From: Eledone cirrhosa
Lineage: Eukaryota
Reading direction: 5' to 3'
NCBI GenBank assembly: GCA_964016885.1
Contig: OZ024746.1
Coordinates: forward strand, 48,608,001-48,672,000
Length of the DNA stretch: 64,000 bases
Below the pieces are notes generated by a model that saw only the letters and a program-made list of their open reading frames with translations, was not told where the DNA came from and did not search any database. The position numbers and the translations under genes were made by a program. The first letter of the stretch is position 1. Each line of letters begins with the position of its first letter. Below, one piece after another: positions 1-14,527 of the stretch.

Positions 1-1650
1 AATTTCTTATAAAAGCAAAACAAAACAATATCTATGGGATGATCACAAATGGGTCAGCTGTGATTATGTACTCCTTAAATATGGGTGGATCTGGCCAAAC
101 GAATAACAATTTCAGTAATATAAACTAAAGGGCCGTAACGCTATGCCCAAAAAGCATGCTGTCCTAGGCTCTACCGATACTACCCCTCACAAAAAAAATT
201 AAAAAATACGTAATATTAACACGTTAATTAGATAAAGGTATATGAATTGAACAGATTGCTAGGTAGGATGTTTCTTTTTAATTTTCGTTGACTGCAAATG
301 ATACTTTAATGTGAATGGTATCATACAAATATCGACTCTTGCATGAATTGACTCTAGCTAAAACCCATTTCTCGTTATGTATGGTCTCTTAAGCCATTAT
401 TTGTAGGTGAAGATCAATTCCTAAGTGTATCAGTTGGCTAGAGGTAAGAGTAAAACATATTAAGCTACGTCAAATACAACAATGAGAAATCCATCCACTC
501 GACCAAAGACTTGACTTGCTAAGCTAATGTACTAGCGGCTGAGTACTCCACATACGCAACTCTCAGGAAGTTTCAACACGAAGCATTTTATGACAAACGT
601 AGCTGTTTGGCTTCTCAACAGCCTCCATGTACCCAATCTCACTCATAAGGCACGAATTCATTCAAAGCGATAGAAAATTACACCTACTCATTCTATTTTT
701 TTTTTCAGTCCCATTGTGTGATTGAAACAGGCAGCTATGGTCAAACGTGGAAAGGGTTGGGCTCAAGAAACGCCGTATGTCCTAATGGTGCCTTTACAAA
801 ATATGAATATGTATTTTCATGGATTTTTCGGTCTACCTGAAATCGTTTCAATAAACATGGCGAACAAAGATGATAGAACAAGCAATAGTCATTTGCTAGT
901 AATGCGTTGACTGTCTATTGTTACAGTCATTTTGTACTTAGGATGAATGTAAAACAGTTTAGAAAGTGACAAAGCACTGATTAAGATGGCGTGTTGTTAT
1001 TACATTTCAATACCAGTTTACAGCTATATAGGCTCTCTCTCAGCAGAGAGTTAGTTATCTCAGTCACGCACATAAATCATTCCCGCTGATATGAGGCTTG
1101 TGCTAAATTGAATCAGCTATCATCATTATCATCATTATCTCTCTCACCTCCGTTTCGTTCTCTTTCTCACCATCCACATACAGTCACACGCATACACACA
1201 AACATATACACACATACATACGTATACCTACCTACCTACCTACCTACCTACCTACCTACCTACATATATACATACATATACATACATGCACACATATGTA
1301 TAAATACGTATGTATGTATTTGTATTCATATATTCAGAAGCATAAATATATAAATGTATGCAATTAAAAAACGCTGAATGATTTTTTAAGTTAGGCGTTC
1401 ATGATCTTTTGTAACCTCTACGAAAATCCTGAGTGATAGGCCACTAATTTTGCCATTCTTATTCTGAAAAATAAGGCTATGAAGATATGGAAAAGTTAAC
1501 AGACTTATGAATCTAGGGATGCTATTGTTCTATACCAAACAAAGACTGAAGGAGTGAATATGAAAAGTCCACAACAAACAAAGGCCAAATTTGACCATAG
1601 TCATATTTTCAATATATCATGTTTCAAAGAAAAGGTGTTCCCTACTTAAA

Positions 1651-1912
<262 letters not shown>

Positions 1913-3647
1913 CGAAAGCGCGTATGCACAGTAAATATTAAACGAAGATGTAGTAATTAGAGGAAAATAAATTGACATATCATACACACACATACGCACA
2001 CCAACACACACACATATATAAATATAGATACATATATATACATACATATATAAACATATATATATGTACGGATATATATATATATAAAGAGAGAGCGCGA
2101 GGGAGAGAAAGAGAGAGAGAGGGGAGAAAGTGAGAGAGAAATGGGGGCATGGGAGAGAGTTTGGCAATATTACACAATTTGTTGTTTTCATTTCGATGAC
2201 AAGCACCCTTTAGTAAACAGAAATAGCACATCTGTAAATAGAAACATCATCATATGTGAAGGAACATATGTCCGCTGAAAATGATGAAATTTCATCTCTT
2301 GAAGATATCGCTGCTTATGTTCTGCTGGAGTGCATTTACTAATTATACATTAGCTTTGAAGAGTGTTTCGGTAATCTCTAGTAGTTTGAGAATAGTAAGG
2401 TAACGTGACTAAATACTTGAGAATTAACTGCTTAATGAGCTTGTATTGCATAAATGAAAGCGTTAACCGTTATTGTCACCACATTTACTAATACTTGCAC
2501 AAGAAAACAATGGAGCCCCTACATGATCAAACAAGCTGCTGGTTGCAGCAATTATATTTCCCTAAATCATATCCTCGCCATCTTCACTAAGAAAAGGACA
2601 ATAATAATCTCTTATCAATTTCCTTTAGTTAAGATATGACACACGAGGAAAGTGTTTTATGTCAACTACAGTTATCATTGGCGATTTACATCCCTGCTCA
2701 TCGGTTAACAATGGTTAACAGCTAATGAGGTTACCTACACTGCTTCGAAATTTCCTCTATTTAAGTATCTTAACTACATGATATATATACTTAGGATATT
2801 TTCCTGCTGTGTTCAAGTAAAAATATAATTGTAAGTCTATAATAATTGTTTATTAGGCTTTGTTTAAGCACGTGCCTATATCTGAATTCCGATATTGTAA
2901 ATTAAGCGATTGATTTTCATTTCTTTCTATCAAGTTTTGTTAATTAATTAAGAGTTACGCCTTTGTTGCACTGCAGCAATCGGGCAGACATTTTCTAGCA
3001 GGGAAACCAATGGCACATAGATTTATGTTTAACACGTCTTGTTGCAATTCACACACCCAGCACTCCGAATAATCCATTCTTTCATCTTGTTAAGGAAGAC
3101 CACACTGCACGTTGCAACATTCAATAGATTATTGTTTGTTGTGTAACACGGAAATCTGGCATGATAGGTTCCTCTTGCATGGTTATATTCTTGTTTAGCC
3201 CAGATCAGCCATGATCGAATAAATCTGTAATGAAATACATTTCAATTGTTACCGTCATTGGAAGAATACGTGTATAATGCAGTCCTGTGCTTCTTTTAGA
3301 GTTGTGCGTTGTAGCAAATTTGTACATAGGATAGTGCCAACGTCGTGAAGCTATTGTTTCTACATTAACTATTATTTTTAAACTGTATAAAAAGTGAACT
3401 ACATTGGCTTGCTGTAAGGGAGATGAAACGTCTAACATTTAGAATAGTTCCTTTTATTCTTTCACAAATACTACAGACCAAAAGTTAGACTTACTCTTTT
3501 CTTCGCAGCAAACCAATTAACTCTACTCCTTAAGCGCCTAGAATAATTAACCGTCGACGCAGACCATTAATATTTTCTTCTTATCCTATAATTTTTTTAA
3601 TAATTTCTAAGCTATATGTTTTAATCTTTAGTTGAAAGCAATTAATA

Positions 3648-3844
3648 TGAGGGTAGACTGAAAAGTTCATAGGCTGATTATGAAGAAGTGATCTAGTAAT
3701 GTGAAATATATTATGCATTAATTTCAACTCTTCTTATTAATAGCTGCATTATTTGCTTCCAGGGACAATATAGAAAAATAAACGTTATTTGTTCATTATA
3801 TGAGAGTATATTGGCCAGCCTATGAACTTTTCAGCCGACCCTCG
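3648..3844. mobile_element. Mariner-like MITE (~197 bp)
   Basis: 29-bp TIRs TGAGGGTAGACTGAAAAGTTCATAGGCTG / revcomp CGAGGGTCGGCTGAAAAGTTCATAGGCTG (26/29 identical); TA on the left flank; no ORF. Confidence 0.8.
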
Positions 3845-4174
3845 TTTATCAAAAACAGTATTTATAAACGATTACAGCTAATGTGTTCCTGTCCATCATT
3901 CCCCACCACCACATCACTATATTTATTTCAACACCAAGTACTAACCTGATTCGCATCTAACTTCATTCCTTTTATTCTGTACTATATATGCCTAAATATA
4001 TCTGGGTTTATCATTGATTTTCAAAAATTCTGTGCTTTCATCTCACTATTTATTAAACTTGTTTGAAGATTTGAAAGTACAATCACCATCGCCATCGTCT
4101 TCATACTTAGACACATATACGTATATGTATAAGGATTTGCTTATGCTTAAGTTTAACTATATATTTACGTAGAT

Positions 4175-4755
4175 ACATACATACATATATACATACATAC
4201 ATACATACATACATGATGGCTGCCAACTCGTTTTCGAGTACGGCCACTACTTTATATCCATGTAGGAGAACCCCTACCGATGCGCTGAACGAGTGTGACT
4301 TTTTAGTCCAGCCAGCGACTTGAAAACTCTGGTACAAACACTACACCTGTGACAATTACTGATACATAGTGCTGGGCCCATGGCACCATGTGACGACAAG
4401 TGCAGAGAGATCTCCAGATATAAAGCAATGCCTGTGCCGTGAAGCTTTTATAGTGAGCAAAGGCACTGCACAAACCCAGTCCCACTCTCTTAACCAAGAT
4501 GATATTTACCAAAAAGAAGAACAAGTCAACATCATTGGATACCATCAGGGTTGCAGGGGTTATATCAGAGTTTTCCTTCTCCAAGAATTCTGCCTTGACA
4601 AAGGCTAAGGGGTCATCTCTCCCGGTGAATTTGGATGGCCATTGACTCTTAAGAGCTCCTTTGCCCTTTGACAGGTTTTGTTTTTAGTCCTGCAGGATGT
4701 CCAAAGTCACCCTCCTCACCAATAAACCTTGGTGGGTTGCCAGTTTAGTCGCGAG
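4175..4755 (-). mobile_element. Internally deleted non-autonomous RTE element (5'UTR fused to last C2H2 finger, 3'UTR and (TGTA)n tail)
   Basis: Minus strand has an RTE-type head motif GGAGAAGGAAAACTCTGATATAACCCC, homologous to 17691-17880. 4274-4348 translates RCSVCTRVFKSLAGLKSHTRSAHR*, homologous to the last finger of the 18-21.5 kb RTE. Tail GGCCGTACTCGAAAACGAGTTGGCAGCCATCAT(GTAT)n matches 22340-22380. Confidence 0.8.
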
Positions 4756-5139
4756 TGTGTGTTTGTGTGTGTTGTGTGTGAATATGCGTGTGTGTGCTCA
4801 CGTGTGTGCGTGTGTGCGTGCGTGTGTGTATAACATATGCACACATTGACATCTTGAGTTATTTCAGAGCTTTCATTTTCAGCTACCTGCAACAGATTGG
4901 GAAAAATACATTGCAAGGAGTTGACCCCGAATAACATTTTAGATTCTGGGCGTGAAATTATAATGTAAGGGGTGTTCTACTAACACAACACTCCGGATTT
5001 GTACATAACCTGAGGAAAGGTTACGTTTGGCTGAGCTGAGTTCCTTTTTAGATGACCTATACTTGAGATTAAAATTATAGTTTTGCATGTATACATTGAT
5101 CATTTATACAAATAGTTTTATATGTATGTATGTATATAA

Positions 5140-5635
<496 letters not shown>

Positions 5636-5953
5636 GTAAATTATTTCGCTGGCCACACTACCAGCGTTAAAGATGCGGTATCCGCAAAAGCTCTTGCACG
5701 ATGTATGGGTGTGATTGGCGTTTGTCAGGCTCGGTTTCTCACAGCTCACCTCTTTGATACAGTTGAAGTACGTTGACGCGCCTAGAGCAAGACCGGGAGC
5801 ATAGCACCCGGAATGTTTCGAGGCACTTTTATTATTTCTTTGATATTCTATCAATGCCACCAGAACAACTTGATCGTTTAGTTTCTATTGAGGATATTTG
5901 GGCTGGATATAATCGATTAAATCGTTCTGCTCACACAAATTTAATGTTCAAAT

Positions 5954-6270
5954 AAGGATGAAAGGCAAAGTTAACCTCGGCGGGATTTGAACTCTGAACG
6001 TAAAGGGCCGTAACTCTGTGCTGCAAAGCATGGCGTCCGACCTTCTACCGATACTGCCAATCCACCGCCCTACTGTGTTCAAATAATTGTTTCTACCTTT
6101 GGCACAAGGCCAGCAATTACCCAGTTCATTACTGGTACTTTATTTTATCGACCCGGTAAGGATGAAAGGCAAAGTTAACCTCGACGTGATTTGAACTCAG
6201 ACCGTAAAGGGACGTAACTATGCTGGAAAGCATGGCGTCCGACCCTCTACCGATACTGCCAATTCACCGC
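5954..6270 (-). mobile_element. Two tandem copies of tRNA-derived SINE (one partial, one full)
   Basis: Revcomp shows box A TGGCAGTATCGG, box B GAGTTCAAATC and central CTTTGCCTTTCATCCTTA domain; TACTGTGTTCAAATAA is duplicated at 6071 and 6275 (TSD). Confidence 0.9.
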
Positions 6271-6686
6271 CCTCTACTGTGTTCAAATAATGCTGACTGA
6301 TTTGTGGAGTTTTATCGAACAGTTGTTGCTATGTGGGCTCCAGCTATCAGTCCAGTTCACCACGAGGATCGCCTCACCACCCATGCTTTCATGTTGGACA
6401 AGTAATTTTTCTCCGCCTGTTAGCTATGACGAAATACATTTTATGGCGAACAAGATTGAACAGACTAGAACAGACCCTTTCTAAAGTGAGGGCAGCGAAT
6501 GAATTGCTGTTGACCCTAGTGAATAGTTCATTCTCTTCAAGTCTCAGAACATTATTGGGAGTGGAGACTTTCCCTTGGTTTTCAAGATAAAACTGGATCC
6601 GTGACGTTCCTTAATTGGTCGTAGATGACTATATTCCTGTTTGAATATTATTGTTTTCCACGCTTGTTCATATTGCTTATTCATAA

Positions 6687-7108
6687 GAGCGGTGGATTGG
6701 CAGTATCAGTAGAGCGTCGGACATCATGCTTTGAAGCATAGAGTTACGGCTCTTTACGGTCTGGGTTAAAATCCCGCTGAGGTTAACTTTGCCTTTCATC
6801 TTTACGGTGTCGATAAAATAAAGTACCAGTAACACACTGCGGTCGATTTAATCGACTTTTCCCTCTCCCCCAAATTGCTGGCCCTGTGCCTATACTAGAA
6901 ATCATTATTATTATTGGTGGATTGGCAGTATCGGTGGAGGGTCGGACGCTATGCTATGAACATAGAGTTACGTCCCTTTACGATATGAGTTCAAATCCCG
7001 CCGAGGTTGACTTTCCCTTTCATCCTTACGAGGTTGATAAAATAAAGTACCAGTAATGCACTGGGTATTTGCTGGCCTTGTGTCTAAAGTAGAAACAATT
7101 ATTATTAT
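6687..7108 (+). mobile_element. Two tandem tRNA-derived SINE copies (long and short subfamily)
   Basis: GGTGGATTGGCAGTATC heads at ~6692 and ~6915; box B; (ATT)n tails; the first copy has an extra GGTCGATTTAATCGAC segment. Confidence 0.9.
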
Positions 7109-7132
7109 TAGTAGTAGCAACAGCAGCAGCAC

Positions 7133-7174
<42 letters not shown>

Positions 7175-7314
7175 CAGCACTAGAAGCAGCAGTATTAGTA
7201 GTTGTAGTAGTAGCATCATCATCAGCATCAGCAGCATCAGCAGCATCAGCATCAGCATCAGCATCAGCAGCAGTAGTAGTGGTAGTAGCAGTAGTAGTAG
7301 TAGTATTAGCAGTG

Positions 7315-7372
<58 letters not shown>

Positions 7373-7377
7373 CAGTG

Positions 7378-7425
<48 letters not shown>

Positions 7426-7620
7426 ATAGTTGTAGTAATAGTAGTAGTTGTAGTAGTAGCATCAGCATCAGCAGGAGAAGTAGTAGTAGTAGTACTAGTA
7501 GTAGTAGTACTAGTAGTAGTAGTAGTTGTAGTAGCTTCAGCAGCAGTAGTAATAGCAGCAGCAGCAGCAGTAGCAGCAGTAGTAGTGGTAGTAGCAGTAG
7601 TAGTAGTAGTATTAGCAGTG

Positions 7621-7658
<38 letters not shown>

Positions 7659-7728
7659 TGTAGTAGCATCAGCATCATCACCATCAGCAGCAGTAGTAGT
7701 AGTAGTAGTAGCAGCAGTAGTAGTAGTG

Positions 7729-7770
<42 letters not shown>

Positions 7771-7820
7771 ATAGTTGTAGTAATAGTAGTAGTTGTAGTA
7801 GTAGCATCAGCATCAGCAGG

Positions 7821-7851
<31 letters not shown>

Positions 7852-7919
7852 CTAGTAGTAGTAGTAGTTGTAGTAGCTTCAGCAGCAGTAGTAATAGCAG
7901 CAGCAGCAGCAGTAGCAGC

Positions 7920-7956
<37 letters not shown>

Positions 7957-7991
7957 GTAGTAGTAGTAGTAGTAGTAGTAGCATCAGCAGC

Positions 7992-8053
<62 letters not shown>

Positions 8054-8055
8054 CA
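7105..8055. repeat. Degenerate (AGT/AGC)n trinucleotide array with internal ~300 bp duplication
   Basis: Visible triplet run; same variant pattern (GGTAGTAGCAGT..., AGCAGGAGAAGT, GCTTCAGC) occurs at ~7280-7580 and ~7585-7920. Confidence 0.95.
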
Positions 8056-8288
8056 ACACCGTGATGTTATTTGTTACATTCAGCTCAAATATGTTGATCA
8101 TTTTGAAAATATGATCTAAAAATATCAGAAACATAGCACACATCAAACGAATGGGATAAAGTGCATTAAACCGGATCTATATTGACAAACAAATCGTTCT
8201 GTTGTTTAGCACAGAATCCTATGTGATAAGAGAGATGAGGTAGAAAAGTTTAGATAAAAAGCCAGTCAAAAAGAGAGGGAAAATGAAA

Positions 8289-8337
<49 letters not shown>

Positions 8338-8344
8338 TTATGTG

Positions 8345-8377
<33 letters not shown>

Positions 8378-8565
8378 ATATATATACATACGTGTGTATA
8401 TATATACATATATATATACGTGTGTATATATATACATATATATATACATATATATATACGTATATATATGTGTGTGTGTTTATGTATATACATATATATA
8501 TATATGTATATATGTACATATGATTATATATATATATAGAGAGAGAGAGAGAGAAAGTGAGAAAG

Positions 8566-8598
<33 letters not shown>

Positions 8599-8909
8599 GA
8601 GAGGAGTAGTAGGAGCGCGAAAGATGAAAATCGGGAGAAGGTGGATGGAGAGGAGAGTATAGAATTTAGAAGATGATAGAGGTAGAATTGCCAAACAGAT
8701 ATATTTTATCTCCGAGTCTACACTAAATAAAGATTGACAGAAGGGTGAGTAAGCGAATATATGATTTGTTTGTAGTAGATGTTTAATGTGAAATAGGAAA
8801 CAGATTGAACAAAATATAAATATTTTTGTAATCTTTTATGAGTTTCAGTCATTCAACTAAAACCATGTTGAGACACTCCTGAAAGGTTTTAAGTCAATTT
8901 TGGCCGAAT

Positions 8910-9350
8910 ATAATTGTTTCTACTATTGGCACAAGGCCAGCAATTACCCAGTACATTACTGGTACTTTTTTTATCGACCCCGTAAGGATGAAAGGCAAAG
9001 TTAACCCCGGCGGGATTTGAACTCAGAATGGCAAGGGCCGTAACTCTATGCGTCAAAGCATGGCAACCGACCCTCTACCGATACTGCCAATTCACCGCCT
9101 GAAAATGCTTCGAATATTTTGATATATCAAACATGTTACTTTGAAGTCGCTACTGTCTTTGATTCTTCTTTATTTAAGTCTTTAATAATTGTTTCTACTT
9201 TTGACACAAGACCAGCAATTAACCAGTGCATTACTGGTACTTTATTTTATCGACCCCATAAGGATGAAAGGCAAAGTTAACCTCGGCGTGATTTGAACTC
9301 AGAATGGCAAGGGCCGTAACTCTATGCGTCAAAGCATGGCGTCCGACCCT
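8910..9350 (-). mobile_element. Two tRNA-derived SINE copies (8910-9099, 9184-9350)
   Basis: Match to the same SINE consensus on the minus strand. Confidence 0.9.
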
Positions 9351-9772
9351 CTTTTCTAGTTAGATTTCAGGTTTAATTTGGACAGAAATTTCACTAATAC
9401 TCCTTTCATTGAAAAATTATAGTAGTGCTTCTTGTTATTTAAGGCATAGGCATCTTGACAACCTTGAATACCTCTAGCCTTAGGAAATCACGGCATTATA
9501 CAAGTTACAAGTATTTAGACAAATTGTAGAACTAATTTACAATCCCTGCTGTGAATCTCATAAATCAAGAGAAAGTAATATCTGTTTAGTCTCCTACAAC
9601 TGTCTGAAGACGTCCTTGTATATTTAGCTACTATTTCTAGCTTTCTAGCTAATCAAGTGACTATGAAGTGGCTCACTCGTCGGCTCATACCAGCAAAGTG
9701 CAACATAATTTTTTGTCACTTACATTAAATCATAGATTCGGCATACGTTTTTAAAAATTATACTGTAGCCAT

Positions 9773-9990
9773 GATTGGCAGTATCGGTAGAGGGTAGGGC
9801 GCCATCCTTTGCAGCATAGAGTTACGACCCTTTATGATCTGAATTCAAATCTCGCCGAGGTTAACTTTGCCTTTCATGCTTACGGCGTAGATAAAATAAA
9901 GTACCAGTCATTCACTGGAGTCGATTAAATCGACCCCCCCCCCCCACACACAAAAAAATTTACTGGCCTTGTGCCTATAGTAGAAATCAT
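9773..9990 (+). mobile_element. tRNA-derived SINE (long subfamily)
   Basis: Box A/B, central domain and GGCCTTGTGCC...TAGAAA 3' end. Confidence 0.88.
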
Positions 9991-12900
9991 TGTATAGAAC
10001 TTTTTTAGATTCCAAATTAAACATTTAAAAACCAAAGTTTTAATAAAGCATGATATAAATAACATTCAGAATACACTTACAGGCATTTGTAGTATAGGTA
10101 GAAAAATAAATAGCATATGTTTTGAAGAATGGTATAGCCACAGATTACATAGGGCAACAGGAATATACAGTTTCTACCATCTTAACCGGCTCTGTTCTGC
10201 ACTGCATCCATCCATGACTTAATAAACTCCACTCTCTATTACCTAGTTATCGTTGCTACATACTGTAAGCAAGGGCAGCTATGTAAATTTGGTGGATATT
10301 TTGGTGCTTCATCGTCGCTCTGTTTAGCATGCCCACTTAATCATTTAATGTGTTTAATAGATCCTCTTTGCTGCATTTATTCGTGACATGTCTCCTGACA
10401 GGAAATAATTTCCCTTTATTCCCTTTCTTCCTCTCATTAGGCTCAGAATGACAGAAAATCCGTGGATGCTGCATCTCTTCCTCTGATTAATGTATAAAAA
10501 GAATATTGAATTCATTTAAAGACAAGGGCTATGACGTATCTTGCGGTTTTTATCCAATCTCCAGATTAATAAACTTGGATGTAATGTCATTTGAATGGTA
10601 AGATCGATAGTGTCGGACAAAATACATTTCTTCTGAAATAAAATCTCGCTCAGACTTATTTTACCTTTAATCCTTCCGAAGTAGATACATTAAGTATCAA
10701 TAGATTCAATAGATAAAGGTACTACCAGGTGCTAATGACTGAAAGAGTAAACAGATAAAAGAACACATCAGAGTGATGTATGGTTTAAATTGTGTTTAGA
10801 GACAAACGTTTCTTCTCTCAAAGCTTTGAGTTGACCGCTAATTTGTAAGGAGATTTCGTAGAAGGAAAGTGCACGCAAGCCTGTTGTGAGATTTAAAGCT
10901 GCGTATTTCTTTTTATATCTTACCAAAGTGCTCTGTCTTAACGAGTTGGTATAAAGTATCTGCTGGTCGATAGTTATGAACTTACCGAACTGTCTTTTTA
11001 AAGACGGTAGTCAATAAAAGAGGCTCTACATATGTCCTTCAAATCATGGTCTACCATCTACAAGGAGGATGATGAACATTAGAGAACTTATTCCTATATA
11101 TGAAAAAGAAAATGCAAGCGGGCTTATGATCAGGGCTGACCTAGGGTAAGTAATAACACAATTCGGTTGCTGTATCTAGCAAGTATAGCATCTACGTAAA
11201 TGTTACTCCTATTGGTTAATTCATTATGAATTCAAGATAGTGAACAAATATTTGTCTAATAAAACATGTTTAATATCAATACAATTTCTGCTTTTATTCA
11301 ATTATAAGCTGCAAACACTTTCATCATCAGTTTTTACTTTTATTAATTCTTTCTATTCTTTTTTCTAATACCATGCTTATGATAGAGATTATAATAATCC
11401 ATTAGAGTTAATAATCGCCGAATATTCATTCTGAAACTTTTAACTGTAATTTTATCTGCCTATTTAAATGACAACTTTATCGCATTCCTTTAAACACCAT
11501 CTTTAAAAATAATTGTCAAAAATTAATATTCGATCCGGATTTCTAATAGCTTATTAATTAATATTTTTGTTTCTGAAAGCAATCTCTTAGATTACTAAAT
11601 TTGATATTTTAAGATCTTTAGAAAAGTTTACAAATATAGTTTTTATATATTTGTTTATTTATCTATTTTCTTTCATAATATTTGTTTTGAATAAAATAGT
11701 TTGTTTTATTATATATTTGGGATTTTCTACTGGAATCTATATACCGACAACTGTTCTTATTTATATACCGACAACTTGTTCTTATTTAGCACCAGGTCAT
11801 CCCTGAAGGAGTATACCTCTAATGAAAGGCATTTCAGTTCAGGTAATCGCCATCCCACTGTTTTTGATTCAGATACAACGTACCAAGGACGTCAGTTTTC
11901 AATTTTTTAAGATGGTAGAGCGTACTATGAGAGAAGTTTGTCTGCTATTCCACATATTATTATTATCATTATTGTCGTTGTTGTTAAATTTAGTAAATCT
12001 CAGACACTTAGATGTTAAGCAATCTGGATATTTCAGTTAGTATTAGCAGTAGCAGCAGCCTTTGGAAAGAAAGCCGATATGCATATCAGACAAAGGAAAC
12101 TATGTTTCCATTAATATTTTCATATTGCTGATACCATATATGTGTCGCATTACTTGGAAGAAGAGTTATCGCTTTTTCAGTGAAAGGAGGCGTTGTTTGA
12201 ACTTAGAATGCAGAAATCCGGAACAGACACCACAAGCCATTCAACTCAACGCTTTAACAATTATGCCTTTTCACTACCAATGAAATCATATTTTATTTAT
12301 CGATTCCGAATGGACGACATTTAAAATTGATTTCAGGAGGATTTGAACTTAGAGCAGAGTGAACCTGGAGGATTACTAAAGACATCTATTCAATTCTCTA
12401 ACGTATCTGTCAATTCGCCTGTTATTAGTAACTCTAACAGATCAACCTTACCTTGTTATAGTTTAACACAGGACGATCGAGGCGTTGTCTCACTGAGAAA
12501 TCTGTAGGTGATTTTTTAAAATATTTTATAACATATAGTCAGATTTTCTATAGTATTGGACATATCCTCGCTTTCTCTATAACAATGATACGGATTCTTT
12601 ATGTTGGACATTAACAAGTGAATTAGATTAAAGGAATATGATTAGAATGAAAACTTATTCATAGATCCAGTTTGTGCAGCACGTGTTGCTGCCGCTATAC
12701 GTAAGTATCCAATTTAACTGTAAGAATAATTAAGAAGGAATTTCTATTAAGAATATAAATAATGACGGCTGTAATAGACGCCATAGTTCTGTGACAATTT
12801 AAACATTAATATAGAATCAGTACTACAACGAGAGCATTAAGATTCCTCTTCAATGTGAGACACTGAAAGATATCAACAAATAAACGAATAACTGGGGATT

Positions 12901-14475
12901 TTCAATTTGACAGGCATTGGCCGTCAAGATGTAGATTTTAATTAGCTATCTGTTAGTCACAATAGAGAATCGTGATGTTTAAACTAAATATATGTGAGTA
13001 CTAATATTATCCAGGGGATGCAGCATGGGAAGAAGTATTCTTCGCAATCATAAAGTCGTGGGTTCGAAATGTCATTTACCGTAGCGTTGGGTCAGCCGAA
13101 GGCTTGTGAGTAAAATTACAGCTATAACAGAAACTGTTTGTAAACCCGTTGAATAGACTGTGCCTGTCATTCAAAGGGCCAGCATTATCACATATTATCA
13201 CACTGACTGTCCCTGGTAATTACGTTAAGGGTATGCGTGTGTGATAATAACACTGACTGTCCCTGGTAATTACGTTAAGGGTAAACGTTAATTTAGCGAA
13301 TATGTTGCTCCGCTGATCGAACAACTGGAAGACTCATCGTCAAAATCGATGGAGATCTATTACGCGGATAATTGTGTTATCCTTTTGTTCTTTCACCGTT
13401 TCCAATCATTAGACTCCGGCTGTGCTGGGTTCTACCTTCAAGTGTGTTAGTTATTCTGGTTTTATTTATGATTTGAACATATTTTGTGGTAAATGTATAT
13501 TCCCGAAATTACTCGTCATATTCTGGATAGCACTTTAGTTCTATGTATGAGATAATGGTGTTTCATAAAAATGATTTTAAAAAAATTCCAAATCGAACGT
13601 TACACATTTCACCTAGAATCGACTCGAGATCTTTAGCGATGTGATAAACCTGACTCAAGTATCGATCTGCTCATCAGAAATGTAAATTTAAATCAATATA
13701 TTTCCATCTCTTGGGCATCCGATATCCTACCGATATATATATATATTGCAGTCGAACACACTATAATTCATGCACTTCCGTCTCATCCGTATCTTCTCCT
13801 CTCAGCACTTATATTGTCCATTCATCCTTAAGATCCCGCACTGACCAACTAAACACTACAACCAGACTTTTTCACCAAGAACATCGAGCCTCAAGAATGT
13901 TTGCTCTCTACCATGAATGTTTCCCCTGTAGCCGTCAAGTTGTAACTTTTCTAGAACCTTGCAGACCTAAATAGTTTCGTAGAGGCAAGCAAAGTCCATT
14001 GACCCAGCCTCTCCCTTCATACGTATCCAATAAAAACAAAACAATAAATAGCCTTTATGCTTTCAAATATTACCTCTAGCGTATCTTTGATACAAAGCAC
14101 TGAAACCTGAAAACATCAATCTATTGGAATAAAGAAAGCTATCATGTACAAAGAGGTTTCTAATCTACAGATCAACTCGATTTCGGATTAAGAGAAAACC
14201 TATTTAACAATATATATCTGCAATACCACTACTGTAAAGGATTTCAATCCTCTATAATCAGAATTCAATATACTGCATATATCTTGAATGCAGTGAATGT
14301 GAATGACAGTTCCTGTTTATTGCTGCCAGTTAAATTTTATCTAACACATTCATCGTTCATATGCTCGAAAACGGTGTGATCACAAACAATTCTTATTTCC
14401 TCTTGTATTAAATTCCAAAGCTTCATACTTTAATATAAACATACACAAACACACACAGACACGCACACACACACA

Positions 14476-14527
<52 letters not shown>

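Noticed and set aside
6968-8146. 392-aa poly-Leu, 352-aa poly-Ser and 261-aa poly-Val ORFs
   Set aside because: Frames of an (AGT)n array that lack stops by construction.
13590-13682. Minus-strand CTGATGA...GAAAT with a long possible stem II
   Set aside because: Stems I and III are unconvincing.
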